A stretch of 64,000 nucleotides of DNA from Cyanobacteriota bacterium. Its GTDB lineage: Bacteria; Cyanobacteriota; Cyanobacteriia; Thermostichales; Thermostichaceae. The notes beneath the pieces were generated by a model. It ran no database searches. It worked only from the letters and a program-made list of their open reading frames with translations, and had not been told where the DNA came from. Numbering within the stretch: the stretch's first letter is position 1; every line of letters starts with the position of its first letter. The DNA is taken from positions 32,001-96,000 of the forward strand of contig JANRIL010000040.1 of NCBI GenBank assembly GCA_033764955.1, written 5' to 3'. Of this stretch, positions 62,319 to 64,000 are shown one piece after another. The translations under genes and the position numbers were made by a program.

Positions 62319-64000
62319 ATGGGATCCCTTTTCCGCAGAATGACTCACTATTTGTTGTTGGGATCCCTATTGTTGGGTTTGCTTGCCTGTGGCTCAGACA
62401 CCCCCAGTACCCTAACCACTCCAGGGGATCCCGATACCACTCAGGTTTGGTTTGAAGGGGATCCCACGACTTTTGACTCGACCGATGCCGCCATTGCCTT
62501 TGGGATTGCGGTGCTCAAAGAGCCTCCCAACTCAATAGCCAATCCTGTCAATGACCAAATTCGGGTGGAGGTGGAAAGTCGGTTTGGTATTTCTCTGAGT
62601 GAGCAACAACTCAATAGCAGCAATGGCTTTGTCTTGGCTGCTGCCGATTTGGATGGCAATGGTCAGGTTAATTCTCAAGATGCGGCGGTGGCCTTTGCGG
62701 TGGCGGTGCTGCGAGAACCTCCCAACAATGTTGCTTGCCCATCTAAGGTGCAGGTGCAAACGGAGGTGGAGAGGCGATTTGGATTCTCGGTCACCTTACT
62801 CAAACCGATTCCTTGTTCGGGATCCGCATTCCCCCCAGGGATCCCTAGTCCTGATGTGACACCCAGTGCAGAAGCAAGCGAACCACCCACCGGAACCATT
62901 CAAATTATTGGTGTGGAGGACAAAGATGGGATCCCGCTCACCATAGGCGAGACTCTTAGGTTAGAAGCGGTGGCTATCGATGCTGAGGGCAGGGATATTT
63001 CTCAGTGGATTGAGTGGCGCAATCCTCAAAATCAGGTGATGGGGAGAGGAGCCGTTCTGGATTATCCAGCCAATAGTGTGGTCATGGAAACTCTGACGGC
63101 GCAAATCGGGGAAGACCAAAGTAAAGCTCAGACTGGGATGGCTTCAGCCAGAGTCAGTTTTACGGTGTCTACACCAGAGGCGGTGATTGCTCCCCATGTC
63201 AAAGTCTTGCCAGAACAAGCGCAAGAACAGATTTTGCTGCTCGATTTTGAGAAGGGGTTGCTGCAACTAGCCGACATCTCTGCTCTGCCGACACTGCGAG
63301 TTGGGGATGTCGTGTTGGGGGCTGGAGTCGAAATTCCTCCCCATCGGATTAGCCAAATCGAGGCTCAAGATGGCACCCTCTCCTTGACCATGCAGCCTGC
63401 TTATCCGCAAGAGGTGATTAGGCAAGGAAAGATTTCCCAATGGCAGCAGGTGAGGCTTGATAGTCAAGGCAAGCTGGAAGCACGCTCTCCCCTCACCGCC
63501 AAAGCAGGCTGTGCCGGAGCTATCACCAAAAGCCTCGACCTGCCGATCTATTCCCAAGCAGCGGTGGGAGTGGGTGTGCAAGTCAACAATTCAGTCAATG
63601 GGTTTCAGGCGGTAGAGAGTCAACTGACCACCAGTTTAGAGGTGAGAGGAATTGCTGAGGTTAGTCTATGTCCTGTATTTGAGCCACCCACGATTGAGTT
63701 TAACGAAGAGGGGAATCTCTTTTCGGGTATCCGCCGTTTTGCGATGGGGGCAGGGGTAGAAGATATTACGGCACAGGCTTATCTACAAATGCAAGGGTTG
63801 TTGGAATGGGGATTTATCCGGCGGATCCCGACTCCGGCGATTAGTTTGGTGACGACACCCACGTTTTATTTGGGGCAGGTGGGGCCAGTGTCGGTGTGGG
63901 TGAGTTTTGAGGCATTGGGACATTTTCCGGTAGAAGCGGGGGTGAGCTTATCGGCAACGGGAGTGAAATTGGGGGTGGGGTATGGGGGAGGGAGTTATCT
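62319..64000 (+). CDS. Large lipoprotein with duplicated dockerin/EF-hand-like repeat (partial, runs off the window)
   Basis: Manual translation MGSLFRRMTHYLLLGSLLLGLLAC|GSDT...; ADLDGNGQVNSQDAA; I found no stop before 64000; absent from the ORF track. Confidence 0.75.
   Translation, partial: MGSLFRRMTHYLLLGSLLLGLLACGSDTPSTLTTPGDPDTTQVWFEGDPTTFDSTDAAIAFGIAVLKEPPNSIANPVNDQIRVEVESRFGISLSEQQLNSSNGFVLAAADLDGNGQVNSQDAAVAFAVAVLREPPNNVACPSKVQVQTEVERRFGFSVTLLKPIPCSGSAFPPGIPSPDVTPSAEASEPPTGTIQIIGVEDKDGIPLTIGETLRLEAVAIDAEGRDISQWIEWRNPQNQVMGRGAVLDYPANSVVMETLTAQIGEDQSKAQTGMASARVSFTVSTPEAVIAPHVKVLPEQAQEQILLLDFEKGLLQLADISALPTLRVGDVVLGAGVEIPPHRISQIEAQDGTLSLTMQPAYPQEVIRQGKISQWQQVRLDSQGKLEARSPLTAKAGCAGAITKSLDLPIYSQAAVGVGVQVNNSVNGFQAVESQLTTSLEVRGIAEVSLCPVFEPPTIEFNEEGNLFSGIRRFAMGAGVEDITAQAYLQMQGLLEWGFIRRIPTPAISLVTTPTFYLGQVGPVSVWVSFEALGHFPVEAGVSLSATGVKLGVGYGGGSY

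Overview
Chromosomal segment of a cyanobacterium, most likely from the Thermostichus / hot-spring Synechococcus lineage: the octamer GGGATCCC is pervasive and I noticed no canonical HIP1 GCGATCGC. Most of the window is housekeeping genes: crtE, mutL, map, mreC/mreD, prmC, rpaA, thrB, menG, dxs, comB, purS/purQ, chlG, the NDH-1(3) CO2-uptake genes ndhF3-ndhD3-cupA plus cupS, groEL2 with a perfect CIRCE, psrp3, rpsD and cobW. I recognised no tRNA, rRNA, CRISPR array or intact transposase. Highlights beyond routine annotation: (i) an AT-rich two-gene island after purQ that looks like a stand-alone NxSGHYxP-type toxin plus immunity partner, followed by a degenerate attC-like site interrupted by a TA-ended MITE; (ii) the same ECF-type promoter, TTGAACC-N16-GGTCTWA, in front of the ECF sigma/anti-sigma/Spy operon and of a second Spy/CpxP gene 44 kb away; (iii) two dockerin/EF-hand surface proteins, one missed by the ORF track, near a GH10 lipoprotein; (iv) a 101-aa minimal RNase III-like protein; (v) a decayed MNT-HepT toxin-antitoxin locus; (vi) RpaB HLR1 and NdhR-type operator motifs; (vii) two copies of an ~80-bp inverted-repeat element. 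All product calls come from motif recognition by eye; no database searches were run.
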